From Patescibacteria group bacterium (GTDB lineage Bacteria > Patescibacteriota > Microgenomatia > PFEM01 > JAHIFH01): a stretch of DNA of 64,000 nt. Of this stretch, positions 62,669-64,000 are shown in pieces (position 1 is the stretch's first letter; each line of letters starts with the position of its first letter). The notes beneath the pieces were generated by a model, which worked only from the letters and a program-made list of their open reading frames with translations, searched no databases and was not told where the DNA came from. The DNA lies in the NCBI GenBank assembly GCA_035529375.1, contig DATKWU010000009.1:289111-353110 (forward strand), written 5' to 3'. The position numbers were made by a program, and so were the translations under genes.

Positions 62669-63106
62669 ATGCGATTATGGAGCCTACATCCTAAGTATTT
62701 TGATACAAAAGGTTTAGTTGCGGTCTGGCGAGAAAGTTTGCTGGCAAAAAAGGCTTTACAGGGTAAAACAAAAGGTTATACCAAGCACCCACAACTTATC
62801 CGCTTCAAAAATCACCCTTCTCCTTTAGAAGCTATTGATTGTTATTTATCTCACATATTCTTTGAGGCCAAAAAAAGAGGCTATAACTTTGAGAGAAGGA
62901 AAATTGGTAGGGTTTCTAGAAATATTAAGAAAATAAAAGTAACTTCAGGCCAAGTCGATTATGAGCTTAATCATTTAAAAAACAAGCTAAGGAAAAGAGG
63001 CTCTACCTTATGCAATAAAACAGTTAAAACTAAAAAGATTAAAGTTCACCCGTTATTTACAATCGTCATCGGTGACATTGAACCCTGGGAAAGACAAAAG
63101 CCCTGA
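62669..63106 (+). CDS. Pyrimidine-dimer DNA glycosylase-like protein (T4 endonuclease V-related family)
   Basis: N-terminus MRLWSLHPKYFDTKGLVAVWRESLLAKKALQGKTKGYTKHPQLIRF matches the family signature. Confidence 0.55.
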   Translation: MRLWSLHPKYFDTKGLVAVWRESLLAKKALQGKTKGYTKHPQLIRFKNHPSPLEAIDCYLSHIFFEAKKRGYNFERRKIGRVSRNIKKIKVTSGQVDYELNHLKNKLRKRGSTLCNKTVKTKKIKVHPLFTIVIGDIEPWERQKP

Positions 63107-63123
63107 AATGACTATTTTAGGAA

Positions 63124-63250
63124 GTTAAAGCTAGGCAAGGCTTCACTTTGGCAATCTCTTCCCTCAATTCCTGTACAAACCTGAAATCTTCAAAAACCTT
63201 GATAATATGGGAAAAACTCTTGGTTATATTAAGGTTTCGCCCTTCGAGCT
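63124..63250. repeat. ~120-bp att-proximal sequence, copy B (degenerate)
   Basis: See copy A. It ends ...CCCTTCGAGCTAGCC, a degenerate version of the attR junction ...ATCCTCGAGCCAGTTGG. Confidence 0.4.
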
Positions 63251-63304
63251 AGCCTCAGAAAGCTCCATTTATTGGATTTTTTTGGTCTGATATAATAAAA
63301 ACAT

Positions 63305-63792
63305 ATGAATACAGATTTAACTCCTGAGGAGAAAGGATTAGTAGAATACTCAAAAAAGCAGTTGTTAAATACAACAAAATCCGTCACGCAAATGGTGGTA
63401 TAGACACTCTTTATGCTTTCGTTTTATCAGATAGAGGTAACATCCACGATGGTGCGTGTTACGAGCCCAACATCGCTCAAGCCACTGTTTGTGGGGAACG
63501 AAGTGCTATTGCTAATATGGTTTTGCAGGAGTCATATAAAGCTAAAATTAAAAGTATTGTAATAGCAGACCCAGTCCCAGAAGTTCAGGAACGCGGGACA
63601 CCGCCTTGTGGGACTTGTAGACATCTTATTTGGTCTCACGGAACACCAGAAACGACAGTTATCCTTATGCAATATATTCCAGGTAAAGACGGTTGGACTT
63701 TCCCGAAGTTAGAGAAATATACGATAAAGGACTTTTACCCGCTTCCCTATGAGCCGAAGGAAAGACTTTGGGACAATTGGCAACCCAAGTAG
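63305..63792 (+). pseudogene. cdd: Cytidine deaminase (cdd) with an apparent -1 frameshift near an A6 run (pseudogene or sequencing/assembly error)
   Basis: Frame A runs ATG 63305 MNTDLTPEEKGLVEYSKKQ... to stop 63401-63403. Frame B is open 63328-63792 and carries the CDA zinc motifs CGERSAI and PCGTCRH. The frames overlap around AAAAAA at 63352-63357. The track shows only the C-terminal 91 aa (63517-63792). Confidence 0.45.
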
Positions 63793-64000
63793 CCAGAGGT
63801 TTATGTCAATACGAATGCTGGTTTGCTTTGGTTAATTCCGAAATTTTCAAACATAATTTTGATGTCATTTAGGGTAATATCAAACTCAATATTTCTGTTG
63901 CAGAATAAGTCCTTTAGGGGGAGCCAGGAATAGAAAAGCCCAATTTAATGGGCTTTTCTGATTTGGTAAAATAGGAGTATGGGAAAGGAAAATGATATTT

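Noticed and set aside
1-64000. Search for CRISPR arrays, rRNA genes and IS/transposase ORFs
   Set aside because: I saw no short regularly spaced direct repeats, no rRNA-like conserved blocks and no transposase motifs (DDE/HUH). The only recombinase is the serine integrase at 49739-51298.

Overview
This is a low-GC, gene-dense bacterial window. Its gene content looks like a small-genome (CPR/Patescibacteria-like) organism, though that is inference and I cannot name the taxon.

- 0-18.3 kb: chromosomal origin neighbourhood plus housekeeping and envelope genes. rpmH-rnpA-yidD-yidC-jag lie on the minus strand; a perfect DnaA box and promoter-like site sit upstream of dnaA-dnaN on the plus strand. 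Also here are VanW, tsaD, a SAM methyltransferase, valS, L25, an NAD-epimerase fused to DUF4012, a flippase, an O-antigen-ligase-like gene and rnhA.
- 18.3-39.5 kb: a Gram-positive-style type IV secretion / pilus-like locus. It holds a PrgI/VirB3-like gene, a VirB4 ATPase, an 842-aa membrane M23 peptidase, a VirB6-like polytopic protein and a 994-aa secreted clan GH-A glycosidase with a Cys-rich tail. It also holds eight tandem VirB2/TrbC-like pilin paralogs (interrupted by polyprenyl synthase and uppS on the other strand) and a SpoIID/LytB protein.
- 42.4-49.4 kb: smpB with an adjacent tmRNA, comF, and a six-tRNA cluster (all four Ser isoacceptors plus two Arg) flanking a NUDIX gene. dnaG-rpoD and an HTH protein with a LAGLIDADG-like motif follow.
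- 49.5-60.4 kb: a tRNA (Asp/Asn type) carrying a ~210-nt group I intron with recognisable R and S core elements. It is followed by a ~10.6-kb integrated element bounded by 24-bp direct repeats. The element encodes a large serine recombinase and uncharacterised cargo: an HslV/proteasome-like Ntn-hydrolase fusion protein, a divergently transcribed 957-aa tandem-repeat protein, a 2-hydroxyacid-dehydrogenase-like gene and small basic proteins. This cargo is the best candidate for an undescribed system.
- 60.4-64 kb: a second islet (membrane proteins, TspO-like, DUF1295-like, pyrimidine-dimer glycosylase-like, a frameshifted cdd). It ends in a degenerate copy of the att-proximal sequence, suggesting tandem insertions at this tRNA.

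I found no rRNA genes and no CRISPR arrays.
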